A DNA stretch of 64,000 nt. Source: Azolla caroliniana (lineage: Eukaryota; Plantae; Polypodiophyta). Made by a program: the position numbers and the translations under genes. Under the pieces are notes generated by a model that had not been told where the DNA came from, ran no database searches, and saw nothing but the letters and a program-made list of their open reading frames with translations. The stretch is taken from positions 4,464,001 to 4,528,000 of the forward strand of contig JBHGNT010000004.1 in NCBI GenBank assembly GCA_043228905.1. Reading direction: 5' to 3'. Shown here piece by piece: positions 51,765-64,000 of the stretch. Numbering within the stretch: the stretch's first letter is position 1; each line of letters opens with the position of its first letter.

Positions 51765-53513
51765 TGTCACAAACATGACAACAGTCATGTCAAGATTTGA
51801 ACTCTTGACCTCTTAACATATATAGTCAAGTGTTGTGTTCTAACCAACACATCCAAATATATGGTCATGTTATATATATCTTAGTAGATTATTAATGGAT
51901 TATCTATTTCAAGTTCTAGGAGTTTTTAGAAAGTTCTAGAACTAGAAGGTTCTAGAACATTCTCCCGAATATTCTAATGCATGTACTTCGACTCAAAGTA
52001 AAATACTTGTAACCTCCTTGGTCCCTTTCAAGGGATTCAACGCCAGTCATTGACACATCAACCTAGTATTCTCATTTCATTCCATCTTGTGTCCCTCTTC
52101 ATCTCTGTCTTCGTGCTCTAATGTCGTGTTCCTGGCTTTCTTAAGTTCCTCGTAGCCTTGTCATCCGTGCTTCGTCCAAGTCTGCAGTTGGTGTGTCTGT
52201 GACAGTTTGAATCCTTTCCAACTGGAAGCATTACCCGTCTTCGTCATCGCCCTTGCTTTTGGAGTTACCATCGTCACCATCATTAGTTCTAGAGTTACCA
52301 TCATCAACATCCCCTTGTTTTCTATCTTCCTTGCCATCTCTATCTCTTAGTTTCATCTCATCATCGTCTTTGTCTTTTAGATTCTTCTCATCCTTCACAT
52401 CTCTATCTCCTAGTTTCTTCTCATCATCATCTCTATCTCTACACTCCTTATCATCTTCCACATCCCTATCTTTGCATTTTTTGGAATTGTCATCCTTCTC
52501 CTTGTGTTTCCTACCGTTTTCATTTCTATCTATGTGTTCCTTATTATCTTCGTCCCTTTCTCTACGCGTTTCCTATCACCTTCATCCCTATCTTTGTGTT
52601 TTCTATCATCCTTTTTATATGTGGCTTTGTGTTTCTTCAGAACCTCAACATCTCGATCTCTATGTTTCTTATCCTCTTCATCTCTTTCTCCGCTTCCATC
52701 ATTGCCATAGTCAAAGTCGTTGCTTCCAAAGTCGCGTCGTCAACATCATTGTCTTCATTGCTTCTTCTTCAACATCATCATCTTCACCCCTCTTGTTGTC
52801 ATCATCAACATTACTTTGCCTAGCCGTCATTGTCGTCAAGTGCTCTAGTTCCCGTTGAGGACCGTGAAGGGTCGCTCACGTCCTTTGGTGTTCGTGTCTC
52901 CGGTGAGGACCGCACATGGTTGCTCACGCCCGTTGGTGTTCCAGTTCCTAGTGAGGACCACATGGTCACTCATTTCCATTGGTGTTCCTGTCTCCAGTGA
53001 AGACACGCTTGTTGGTGTTCCAGTTCCCGGTGAGGGGAAATCAATGAATATGTTGTCACAGACATGACAACAGTCATGTCAAGATTTGAACTCTTGACCT
53101 CTTGACATATATAGTCAAGTGTTGTGTTCTAACCAACACATCCAAATATATGGTCATGTTATGTATATCTTAGTAGATTATTAGTAGATTATCTATTTCA
53201 AGTTCTAAGAGTTTTTAGAAAGTTCTAGAACTAGAAGGTTCTAGAGGGTTCTAGAATATTCTCCCGAATATTCTCCAAAATATTCTAATGCATGTACTTC
53301 GACTCACAATATAAATACTTGTAACCTCCTTGGTCCCTTTCAAGGGATTCAACACTAGTCATTGACACATCAACCTAGTATTCTCATTTCATTCCATCTT
53401 GTCTCCCTCTTCATCTCTGTCTTCGTGCTCTAATGTCGTTCCTAGCTTCTTAAGTTCCTCGTAGCCTTGTCATCCGTGCTTCGTTCGAGTCCGTGGTTGG
53501 TGTGTCCGTGACA
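51765..53513 (+). mobile_element. Small non-autonomous LTR-like element (TRIM-like) in LINE ORF1
   Basis: Direct repeats 51765-52204 and 53054-53513 bounded by TGTCAC..GTGACA. Flanks TATGT/TATGC. Low-complexity interior. No clear PBS. Confidence 0.7.
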
Positions 53514-56500
53514 TATGCAACGTAGTGGTTTGTCCACTACTCATGAGACTGGTTGGAAAGGAAATTCAGGAACTAGGGAGGGTCCTCGAAAAGTTCCTTG
53601 ACAAAGACAATTTCGGGATAAGGGATTACCCCTTCACCTTCAATTTGATTCATTGGGACGGGTTGTAAATTCATCGAATTCTCGAAGTTTTCGTCAAGTG
53701 GGAGAACCTAAACAAAAGAGTTTGATAGACAACCCTAAAGATGTGGTGCATGAAAATCCATATGCAACATTGGCGCATGCTTTGACTAGTTTCATGACAT
53801 CAATTGCTCTAAAGGACCAAGTGCACCCATGACATTGTTGATTGAATGAAAGTCGTAACGTGGAATGTGAGAGGGGCATGTTCTCCTCATAAGAAGTATA
53901 TATTATGGGAAACTTTGTTAAGTAAAGAATGGGATGTATTATGTGCAGTTGAGCATAAGTGTCATGAGTTAGCAGGATCCACAATTCATTTACGTGGATA
54001 TTCATCATTCTATGCAAGACATCTTAATAATCATTATTCAAGTGTGGTATTAATCGTGCGGGATAAATATTATCTTCAAGTGGTGCATAATGATCCTTAT
54101 GGTTGGTTTTTGGTTCTAGAAATCACTTTTTTTGGCGAGGTTGTGTGGGTGGTTGGGATTTATGCCCCTAACCAAGCCACTCAATGTATTGCATTATGGG
54201 GCTCACTCCTTCAAACCCTATGTGTGGGTGGTCCCGGATTACTTATGGGTGATTTTAACATGTGTGTTGATGCATCTCAATCTACGTCTGAACATTGAAT
54301 CATGGATGATCTTAAGCAACTTGCTTGGGATGCATTGGCTATGGAGGTTCTGAAGTTGGATGTTTGGACATGTTTGCATGGGAATGATCTAGGTTTTACT
54401 TTCCAATCCGCTCAACATAGACAAACATGGAGTTGGTTAGATAGAATTTATGTGATTCACAATGATTCTTTTTTACCGTCATCACTTCGTATGAAAGTTC
54501 TACAAGATGTAGGAACTTCAGATCACTTTCCTATTGGTTCAGAGGTTTGTAATCATGCAATTGACATGTATAAATCATTATTGGGAATGCCTCCATTACG
54601 CTTTAACTCTTTTCTTTTGTTTCAACCTCACTTTGATTCTCTCATGGAGCAAATTTTGGTAAATTTTTCACAAGAAGGGAATCTTAAAGGAGTCAAAGCA
54701 TGGGATATCACGTCACAAAACATTAAGATCATTCATCGTATGTATGGAGTATTTAATGCTCAACGAAGAAGAGGTCTTCTTCGACAATTCTCACAAGTTC
54801 TCTACAGGTGTAATGCATTATTGATACATGCACCCTTAGATGAGGAGCTTTTGGATATCCAAAGTCAATTGCATGTTATTATTTCTCAGTTGCAATGCCA
54901 AAGTTAACGTTATGCGAAGATGCGACAACTGAGGGATGGGCTCATAGATAATCAATGTCAATCTCATTTGTTTTTCCAAGCATTACATCCTACTTATGCT
55001 TGATCTAATGTGGTACATGTTAAACAAGGGGATGAATGGATAGTGGATCCTACTACAATAATTGACATATGTGTTCATTACTTTAAGGAGTTGATTGACC
55101 CACAATTGTTAATGACAAATAAGGCGAGTAGAGCACGTCATGAGTTTTATGATGTGGTTGGATGTATTGTGCATGATCGCATTAGTCATGAATTGGATGC
55201 GGATTTCACTGAGGATGAGGTGGACACAGTTTTAAGGCATCTTCCTAGTGGTAAGAGCCCTGCTTGGGATGGCTTGACAAATGAAGTTTTTAAGCGATAT
55301 TCGAACATTTTAAAGGGGTCCTTAACTTTGATGTTTCAACATTCTTGGGATTCTAGTTGTATGCCTCAAGGTTGGAAGGTTGGTCTAATTAAATTAGTTC
55401 CAAAGGTGGCATCTCCCGAGTCATTTCATCAATGGAGACCTATTTCTTTGATGGGGGGGTTGTATAAGATATTTACAAAGCTCTTGGCAAATCGATTACA
55501 AAAGTATTTACCAAAGTTGATATATCCTGCCCAATATGGTGTTATTGCAGGTAGGAATATATTGCATAATGTGTTGAATGTTCAAATGGCCATGGATTAT
55601 GCTCGAAACGCTCATCAAGAATTGATTATGGTGCAATTAGATTTGGAGAAAGCTTATGATCATGTTAATTGGTCCTTTGTTTCTGGGTTAATGGATACAA
55701 TGGGATTTGGACCTCGTATGTCTCACCTCGTATTTTTATTAGGACAAGATGCAGTGTCTCAAGTAATGCTTAATGGCGGAGTTACATCAGATATTGCGCT
55801 CACAAGATCCGTTTGTCAAGGATGCCCTCTTAGCCCATTGTTGTTTGCTATTGTTACTCATCCCTTGTTAGTGATGTTATCAAGGCTTGCAACAAATGGT
55901 GACATTGTGGGTCTACACCTTCCGTTTAGAGGGCAACTAGTAGCACAAGCTTTGGCAGATGATTCTTTCATGTTTTTACAAGCCTCACAAGAGAATCTTG
56001 AGAAGGGGATACTTGTATGGAACCAATTTGCATTGGCTTCCGGATTACATATTAATTGGAGGAAGTCTAGTCTCATATCATGTACTGAAAGGGATTTGGA
56101 ATGTTTAGGATGGCAAGGATCCGTGGTGAAGAAAAGCTCTATTTTTCGACCCTTGGGCTATCCATTAGGAATGAATGTTACAAATGGTCAATTGATTGAA
56201 TGGATGTCTAGTAAGTTGAGGGATAAGTTCATGTATTGGAAGTTACAATCTTGGCCATTTCATGTATGCTTGAAGGTTCTACAATGTATTGTGGAACCCA
56301 TGATACTATATTACTTGCCATTGTTGCCATGGACAAAGAAGGCTTTGCATTCTATTTTGCAACCTCTTCAATATTTGTTGTGGAAGAAGAGGGATAAGAT
56401 GGGAATCACTTGGGTTTCATGGAATCATCTAGCAACCCCTAAGCACTTGGGGGGAGCTGGAATATTGAACTTATCTAAGCATATGATGGCTCGTAGATTT

Positions 56501-56809
56501 TCATTATTACAAGACATGTGTTCAAACTCACAACCATCGATATCTATTGTTCAATATTTCATTGAGAACAAGGGTTTAACACATGGGAGGACAACGATTA
56601 AGGCTTCATGGTGGCAATTACTGAATGGATGTATTTCACTTAGGATTTCGGGCTCTATATGTGTTCAACACTTGGTTACCTCATGGCAAAAAGCACTCTT
56701 GTTATGTGTATGGAAACCATCACCTAGTAGAGAGAATTGTAATTCTTTGCAAAAAGAGTTTATTGTATCTTCTCCATTATGATGTTGGCCAGGAAAGGAG
56801 AGATTGCGC

Positions 56810-59800
56810 TGTCGTGAAGATGTTCGGCAACGGTGTGAAAATTGTGTGCAACGAATGAAATCGAGAAGGTGCAATGTGCACGTGTGAAAGGGGAGAAGAC
56901 CACTCGCATATGCTAGTATGTTGTAAATAGGACTGAAATGAGAATCGTAAAAGAAAAGCTAGATGTAAAGTTAAAACATGTGCACGTGTGATGTGCGCTA
57001 AATTGTAAATATAAAAATAAGACTAAAGCTTAGTAACATTTAAGTGCATACATAGATAGGGGTGGAAGCAAGGCTTAAACCTTGCACCTCCAAGATAGGA
57101 GACAAATTAACTTACCACTAAACCCACTACTGAGTGCTTTAGAATTTGTATATATTCTTTTCATATTCAGTATTTTGTAAGAAGCAAACATATAAAAACC
57201 GTAGGCACAAAACCATGGTTTTAGCCCGTGGTTTTAGCCCATGGTTTCAGCTCGTGGTTTTAGCCCATGGTTTTTGCATGGAGAGACCTATAAAAGCCTA
57301 CAATTGGGCTTGTGTAAGGGAGGCAAGTGATGTAAGTAAAAAAGAAACTTTTAATCAAAGATCTGAGCTATCCTAAAGGTGATGTATCTTGTCTCGTAAA
57401 ACTAAAGTCAAGGGTTCAATCTCTATCTCAATCTCTCTCTCTCTCTCTCTCTCTCTTCATCCATCTATCAATCTTCAATACTTTCTCACTTACGTTGCTA
57501 AAAACATCGAATCCTTCCGGTCCAGGACCTCGGTGGTCCCACTTCATTTCACGAACATGCGAGGATTTGCTCGACATCTTATTTGGTGAACCCGACATGA
57601 AGAAGCGGTAGGAAGGATCAAGACGAGGATCGACTAATACTTGGAGATGATATCCTCAAGCAATCAAGTGGGAGAGTTCGAACAAATGATGAGACCTCGG
57701 GACAATGATGCGAGTGTGGAGAAGGTTGTCAACCGTGTCGTGGAGCTCAAGGGTCAATTTGACGGAAGGAACATTACGAAGTTCCTTGACACATATAGAA
57801 GGGAGATCAATCAGAGGGACGTGTCTGAAGCACATCAAATCACAAGAGAGTTGTCGCCAACAACGTCCAAAGGCGGGTCATCAAGCTCCAAAAAGGGAAG
57901 TCAACGTGGTCCGATTTCGAGAAAGGAATATTAGCAGAGTTCACGACCGAGGATTTTTCGAGGATGAGTCAACATGTCTTGATGAAGTGGATAGAAAACT
58001 AGAATAAGAGGATGAGCGCTTCGAGGGTGTACGACGAGTTCGACCAAATGTTTCATCGCCTCCCCGCCACAAACCAAGTGTTGCTTGAGGAGGAAAAGAC
58101 TTTGTACTTCTTGAAGGCTGTGGACATGAAGGATAGACGAGAGTTGGGGACTCTCCTCAAAGATGATACCCAAGCGAACGGGCTTGTGGCGGATTGGGTT
58201 GCGGTGAAGCAAGCATGCAACAAGATCGACAGGTGTCATCAATGGCTTGATGATATTGACTTGGTAAGACCAAGCGTAGAAAAATCAAAACCATCTAAAG
58301 AAATCGAGATGCCTAAACAACGCATCCAACATGAAAAGAAGATTGATGATGACTCGAGGACGATGACGGCCATTTCAAAGGAGGACAAATGTTTCGGAAC
58401 GTGCGTCGTGTTCGAAACAATGAATGATGGAGCAAGCCAAATCGAAGCTTGCATTAAGGGAGATAAAGAGTGTGAGATCGACATGATGAAGGATCTTGCC
58501 ACTAAAATCAACATCGAGGAGGCCTGATTTTCTCCACACATGTTCCAGAGACTTGGGCAGTTGCGTCCGAGAACCAACAGAAGACCCAAGAGATGGAAGG
58601 TGTCGGTGGGGAGCCGGAGGTCGAAACGAATACATGCGACGAAGAGAGAAGCATGATCGAAGCTTGATCAATCAAAAGAGGGTCAATGGGTACGAGGCCC
58701 ATGAGATTGAAGAGATAGCCACAAAAAATGACATCGAGTCAGAGGTGGCTATGGAAGAATTAATGGTAGATGGTTGCGTTGAGGATTCCTTCACACAAGT
58801 TCCAGAGACTTGGGCAGTTGCAGAAAGCCAACGTGAGACCCAAGAGATGGAAGGTGGTAGTAAGGGGAAGGACCAAGACGGTGTGCACAACATCGAGGCG
58901 AAGATGGCTATGCACGAGTCGATGGCGGATGGTCATGTGGAGACTTTCCTAACACTTCATCTAGAGACTTGGGCAGTTGTGTCTGGGAACCAACGTGAGA
59001 CCCAAGAGACGAATGGTGGCGAAAAGGAAGAGAAGGACCAAGATAATACAGACAATGATGACGGCCAAATTTTTTCCACACTTGTTCCAGAGACTTGGGC
59101 AATTGCGTCCGAGAACCGATGTAAGACCCAAGAGACGAGAGGTGATGGCGAAGAACCGAAGGTCGGAGCTAATACATGCGACAAAGAGAGAAGCATAATA
59201 AATGCTTGCTCAATAAAAAGGATCAATGGGTACGAGTCCCATGACTTTGAAGAGATAGATATGGAAAATGACGTCAAGGTGAAGATGGTGAATGGCCATG
59301 AAGAGCCTTTCCCCGCACTAATTCTAGAGACTTGGGCATTAACCAATGTAAGACCCAAGAGACAGAAGCTGGCGGCGAGGAAGCAAAGGTCAATGTTGAT
59401 TTGAACAACTTTAAGATGGAAATGGCTAAGTGCTGCATGAAAAAGGCGGACGACAGAAATGTATGGGTCCCTCCACACTCGTTCTAGAGACTTGGGCATT
59501 AACCGATGTAAGACCCAAGAGAAGGATAGTGACGGGGAAGAAGCAAGGGTTAAAGCTTATGTGTGCAACAAAGAGTTTGAGCAAAATATGACAAGGGATG
59601 GCGATGGCCAAGCGAGCCATGAGGATCCAAAGGATGTGATCAAAACATCTATCAAAGACACTACTATGAAGATTGTCAACAATAACATGAGATTGTACCA
59701 TGAAAGTGGACAAAGTGAGAAACATAGAGCATGGTCACGTAAGGAGCTCGAAGTGGGCATGCACTTGAAGGTACTACATGGGGTAGTCAATATCATTATT

Positions 59801-60757
59801 CAGATAAAGGCTTGGGGATAAAAACACAAAACAAAAATGTGTGACGGGTCAAAGTGCCTTGAGCAAGGAGACGATCGGGACAAAGGTGGAACATGCGTAA
59901 AGCCTAAACAGATATGCTCGAAAGAAGAACAAGGGACCATGACAAAAAGTGATGGTAAAGCAAAGGAAAAGCGAATGATATGGTGGATTGGGTGGCAACA
60001 ATTATTCGAGTGCAAAGAAATGGACATGCTCGACGTGGAGGAGTCATGTTGATCACCATTGCCGAAATCTCACATTCTCTTTTCTTGGCACGTACCCGAA
60101 GGACGTGCGGTTTGGTGGGGGTGGATGTCGTGAAGATTTTCGGCAACGGTGTAAAAATTGTGTGCAACGAATGAAATCGAGAAGGTGCAATGTGCACGTG
60201 TGAAAGGGGAGAAGACCACACGCATATGCTAGCATGTTGTAAATAGGACTGAAATGAGGATCGTAAAAGAAAAGCTAGATGTAAAGTTAAAACATGTGCA
60301 CATGTGATGTGTGCTCAATTGTAAATATAAAAATAAGACTAAAGCTTAGTAACATTTAAGTGCATACATAGATAGGGGTGGAAGCAAGGCTTAAACCTTG
60401 CACCTCCAAGATAGGAGACAAATTAACTTACCACTAAACCCACTACTGAGTGCTTTAGAATTTGTATATATTCTTTTCATATTCAGTATTTTGTAGGAAG
60501 CAAACATATAAAAACCGTGGGCACAAAACCATGGTTTTAGCCCGTGGTTTTAGCCCATGGTTTTAGCCCATGGTTTCAACTCGTGGTTTTAGCCCATGGT
60601 TTTTGCATGGAGAGACCTATAAAAGCCTACAGTTGGGCTTGTGTAAGGGAGGCAAGTGATGTAAGTAAAAAAGAAACTTTTAATCAAAGATCTGAGTTAT
60701 CCTAATGGTGATGTATCTTGTCTTGTAAAACTAAAGTCAAGGGTTCAATCTCTATCT

Positions 60758-60799
<42 letters not shown>

Positions 60800-60917
60800 A
60801 TCCATCAATCTATGTTCAATACTTTCTCGCTTACGCTACTAAAAACATCAAATCCTTCCGGTTCAGAACCTCGGTGGTCCCGCTTCATTTTGCGAACATG
60901 CGAGGATTTCCTCAACA
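56810..60917 (+). mobile_element. Non-autonomous gag-only LTR retroelement (family E)
   Basis: LTRs 56810-57576 and 60126-60917. TSD GCGC. PBS TGGTGAACCCGAC at 57584. gag remnants 57641-58260, then repeats encoding VPETWAVA..RETQE. No pol. Confidence 0.92.
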
Positions 60918-61602
60918 GCGCTCTCAATTTAATCGTTTGTTTCATTTGGGGGTCAAAGAGCTGGGAGATATAGTTGAGGCTCCATCTCAAGGAATTTTGG
61001 AGTTTGTTGAAGCGCGACAATTATTACGCATTCCACCTAATTATGGGTTTATTTGGCAACAACTACAAAATATTCCATTGATGCAAGATCCCTTACCTCT
61101 ACAAACAGGAGAACAACCATGGATTGATTGGTGTTTAAAGGGCCAAACGTCGTTGTTACAAGTGACTACTAATCTTTTGTATCATTGCTCTGTTGAGTCT
61201 CCTGGATGGTTATCATCTAAGGCTGAAGAAGAATGGGGAATACACAAATCTGATCATGGGTGGTGGCAAATCTTATAACGTAGTTGGCATTCTAAATTGC
61301 CACTTCTAGCAAAGGTCTTCATTTGGAGAGTTTTGATTGGAGGATTGCCTTTGGGATTAGCTCTAAAGCGTCATGGACTAACAACGTCAAATGGAAGATA
61401 GTACTCATCGATTTATACAATGTCAGATTGCTTGTCAAATTTGGAATTACATTTCTCCAATTTGGCAAGTCTTATCACGATGTTATTTGACACCTAGACA
61501 GTGGGTGTTTGCACAATTTACACAGGTTGACCCAAAATCAGAGATGGAGATTGTTTTTCTATTTCTAAGATATTGGGGATTGCGTCATAATTGGAATATG
61601 TG

Positions 61603-64000
61603 TGTTAACTCTTAGGGCCGGACAATGGCCTAACACAGGGTGTCTACGGGAGACACTTCACCAAAGGGGTGTTACGGCAACAGGATTAGACTCAACGATT
61701 AATCCGACTTAATTAGGTTACTTAGCATGATCGTCTTTAATAATCACATGCATAAGATATAACAATGAATGCAGAACGGCAATTAACACAGAGAGATAAC
61801 AACATTAAGCTTTATTAATTAACCGATGTTCATTACATTGTATCCGGGCCTTTAAATAGGTTTTCGGTCTGTATTACAAAACGGTGCCATCCGCACCTGT
61901 TCGGGATCGGTCCGGATCCGGAACGGTATACCGATTCTGGTCCGTCCGTCCACACTCATAGCTTACAACCATTCCTACTAATTAAATAACTCCCCGTTTC
62001 ACACTCTGGACTCCTTTGTCGGCCGGTAACACATGGCACGCCTGTGGGACAGTACCTTGTACATTGAATCCACAACCGACCCTTGCTATTCTTCGTCCAA
62101 AATATCCAGAAGGCTTTGTTCGAGAGTCTCCAATGGTTCATCTGGAATTGGTTGTTGTTGTTGCTGCTCTGTTGGTGGCTGTTGTGGCTACTCCTCCATT
62201 TGTTGCTCTGATACCGGCGTCTCCGTCGTTGATCCCTCCGTCGTAGTGGTCTCCGGTTGACTGGTTCCGGACTGGCCCTCGGCCGGCGACGGTTCCTCAT
62301 CACTAAGGTTAACCGTTGCCGCTTCCCGTGCTTTTTCTTCCCGAACCCGGGACCGCTCGTAGCTTTCAAACTGGATTTGAGTGTCCAGCCTATCATCGTC
62401 TAGCTGAGCTACGAGTTGCCGGACCTGCGCCAGCTGTTCATCCGCCAGGACTTGGAAGTCGTCAGCCAACTCGTCCCGTATGGCGGTGAAGTCCTCAGAA
62501 GTCAACGTATAACAATCATCTCCTTCCTTCCGCCGGTTTGCCACGTCTGCCCATAGCAATTGGAGTTCCGCCGCGTTTTGTGCCCACTTTGTCCACCATC
62601 TTACGGAGCTTTCGTCAATCAAGCGTTTTGTCTGATTCAACCATGCCCGGAGGATGCACTGAATTCGGCATGTTCCCAACTGCGATTTGGTCTCCGCAGC
62701 TTGCCGTTCCTCCTTCAATTGCTTGATGATTTTGACGTTGTCTTCCGCCTGCTCCTTGTAATGCGTCAATTGCCTTTGATATGTGCTTTGTAATTTCTGC
62801 AATACCGTTGACACTCTCTCCTTTTCTTCCTGCTGCTACCTCTGGAGCTCCATCCAGACCTTCTCCGCCTCGTCCAACCGTCTTGTATTTTCCGCAAGTT
62901 CGTCGGCGATCGCCGTCGCGGCCCGATCAACTTCCTGTTGGAGCTCGGCCATCCATTCCTTATGCTCCGTTTCGAGCCGTTTGTAGTCCCGATGCAGGTG
63001 CTCAAAATCATCTGTCTTTTGCTTGAGTCGTGCGTTGATCTGTCGACGGGCCCGGTCCTCGCGGTCCTTCTGCTGGCGGAGCTCTTCCTTTAGCCGTTCA
63101 ATTTCCGTTTCCGCCGTCTTCCGCAGCTTGTCCTTTTCCTGCAGCACTTTGTCTTTTTCCTCCCTTAGTCGGTCGTACGCTTGATGGCCTTTCCGGAGGC
63201 TCTCCTCTGCCCGATGGAGGTTCTCAGCAGTCTTCTTTAATTCGGCTTCGGCCGCTGTCTTCAATTCCCATTCACGGCTCCTTAGCGCTTCTTGTGCGGC
63301 AAGTTCATCTCTCAATTCCGCAAGCTCCTGGGCTTGCGCCGCATCTCTCGCCGGAACGGTTTCCGTTGCCGGGGTCTTATTGGTATGTACAGGTCGATCT
63401 GTTTCTTTATTCTGTACACTTACCGGAGTCACCAGTGATTGGATCTGTATTGCCGTTAAGGCCATTTTGGCCATCTCTACCGTGACCTGATCCAAGTCTC
63501 TTTCAAGGCACCGGATTCTAGACCGGGCCGTCTCTAGTTGTTCGGTTGTGACGAGCAACCGTTCGCTTTGCGCTCTTTCTTCCGCCTCAATATACCCCAC
63601 TGCTCCGGCAATCTGTTCGCCTATCCACCGAAGCCACAGGCTACCGGTGCCTTGTTGCATTTGCCCGGAGGTTTGACGGATGGGCTCGCTTGTAGATGGG
63701 TGGTCCCGCCTTATTGCGCCGAGTTGCACTTTCGTTTCTGCCCGTGGACCACCCTGCTGTCCTGGTTCCCCTTGCGCTTCTTCTTGGTTGGCCGAGGGAG
63801 GCTGCATTGACCTTTCCGGCTCTGGCGGGATGGGACTTGCCGGTGTTGCCCGTGGTGCCGGGGCTTCTGATTCCGGTGCCATGTGCACCGGTTCCGGTTC
63901 TTCCCTTGGCGTGGGAGTCTCAGTATGGGGAGTCGGTGTTCCCTCCGTCTGAGGGTCCGAATGTTTCCCGGCTGCCTCAACGGTCCCTGCCGACGACCGT
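61603..64000 (+). mobile_element. LTR retrotransposon 5' end (runs off the window)
   Basis: LTR 61603-62031 (TGTTA..TAACA), followed by PBS-like TGGCACGCCTGTGGGAC (tRNA-Arg-like) at 62034. Inserted in the LINE 3' region. Confidence 0.75.
62188..63888 (-). pseudogene. Antisense coiled-coil accessory ORF of the LTR element (one in-frame stop)
   Basis: ORFs 62836-63888 and 62188-62814 are in the same frame, separated by a single TAG. E/K/R/Q-rich heptad pattern. Confidence 0.65.

Larger units (their letters stand above)
50521..61600 (+). mobile_element. L1-type LINE, degenerate, with nested LTR elements
   Basis: ORF1 remnants with knuckle CFGCGEWGHFVAEC. Endonuclease TWNVRG/MGDFN/LDRIY/SDHFP from 53846. 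RT 55010-56782 (WRPISL, LDLEKAYD, QGCPLSP, LADD). C-terminal zinc-finger region 60922-61600. Confidence 0.93.

Noticed and set aside
52253-52858. Ser/Leu-rich 201-aa ORF
   Set aside because: Low-complexity antisense of D/K/R-rich repeats inside a small LTR-like element; no domain.

Overview
Plant-type nuclear DNA, probably a non-seed land plant (inferred from TE content; the organism cannot be named). It is almost entirely nested transposable elements: several Copia copies, a Gypsy-related group of LTR elements with 4-bp TSDs all centred on CG, an L1 LINE, a MULE, and a degenerate tRNA-Ser(AGA) tandem array. Only one apparent host gene is present, a secreted His/Pro-rich protein at 46448-46939. 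Two things stand out. (1) Removing a 15.7-kb Gypsy insertion (22951-38682, TSD ACGT) rejoins an intron-containing minus-strand pseudogene encoding an N-terminal ParB/Srx-like domain fused to a beta-class amino (N6A/N4C) DNA methyltransferase, a prokaryote/phage-type architecture. (2) An 11.6-kb TIR DNA transposon (6177-17817, GGG..CCC ends, TGAA TSD) has a Sola2-like transposase, convergent RING and FCP1-like cargo ORFs, and introns filled with a palindromic TAGCTAATTAGCTA satellite. Coordinates were read by eye and may be off by a few bases. Family names come from motif recognition, not database searches.
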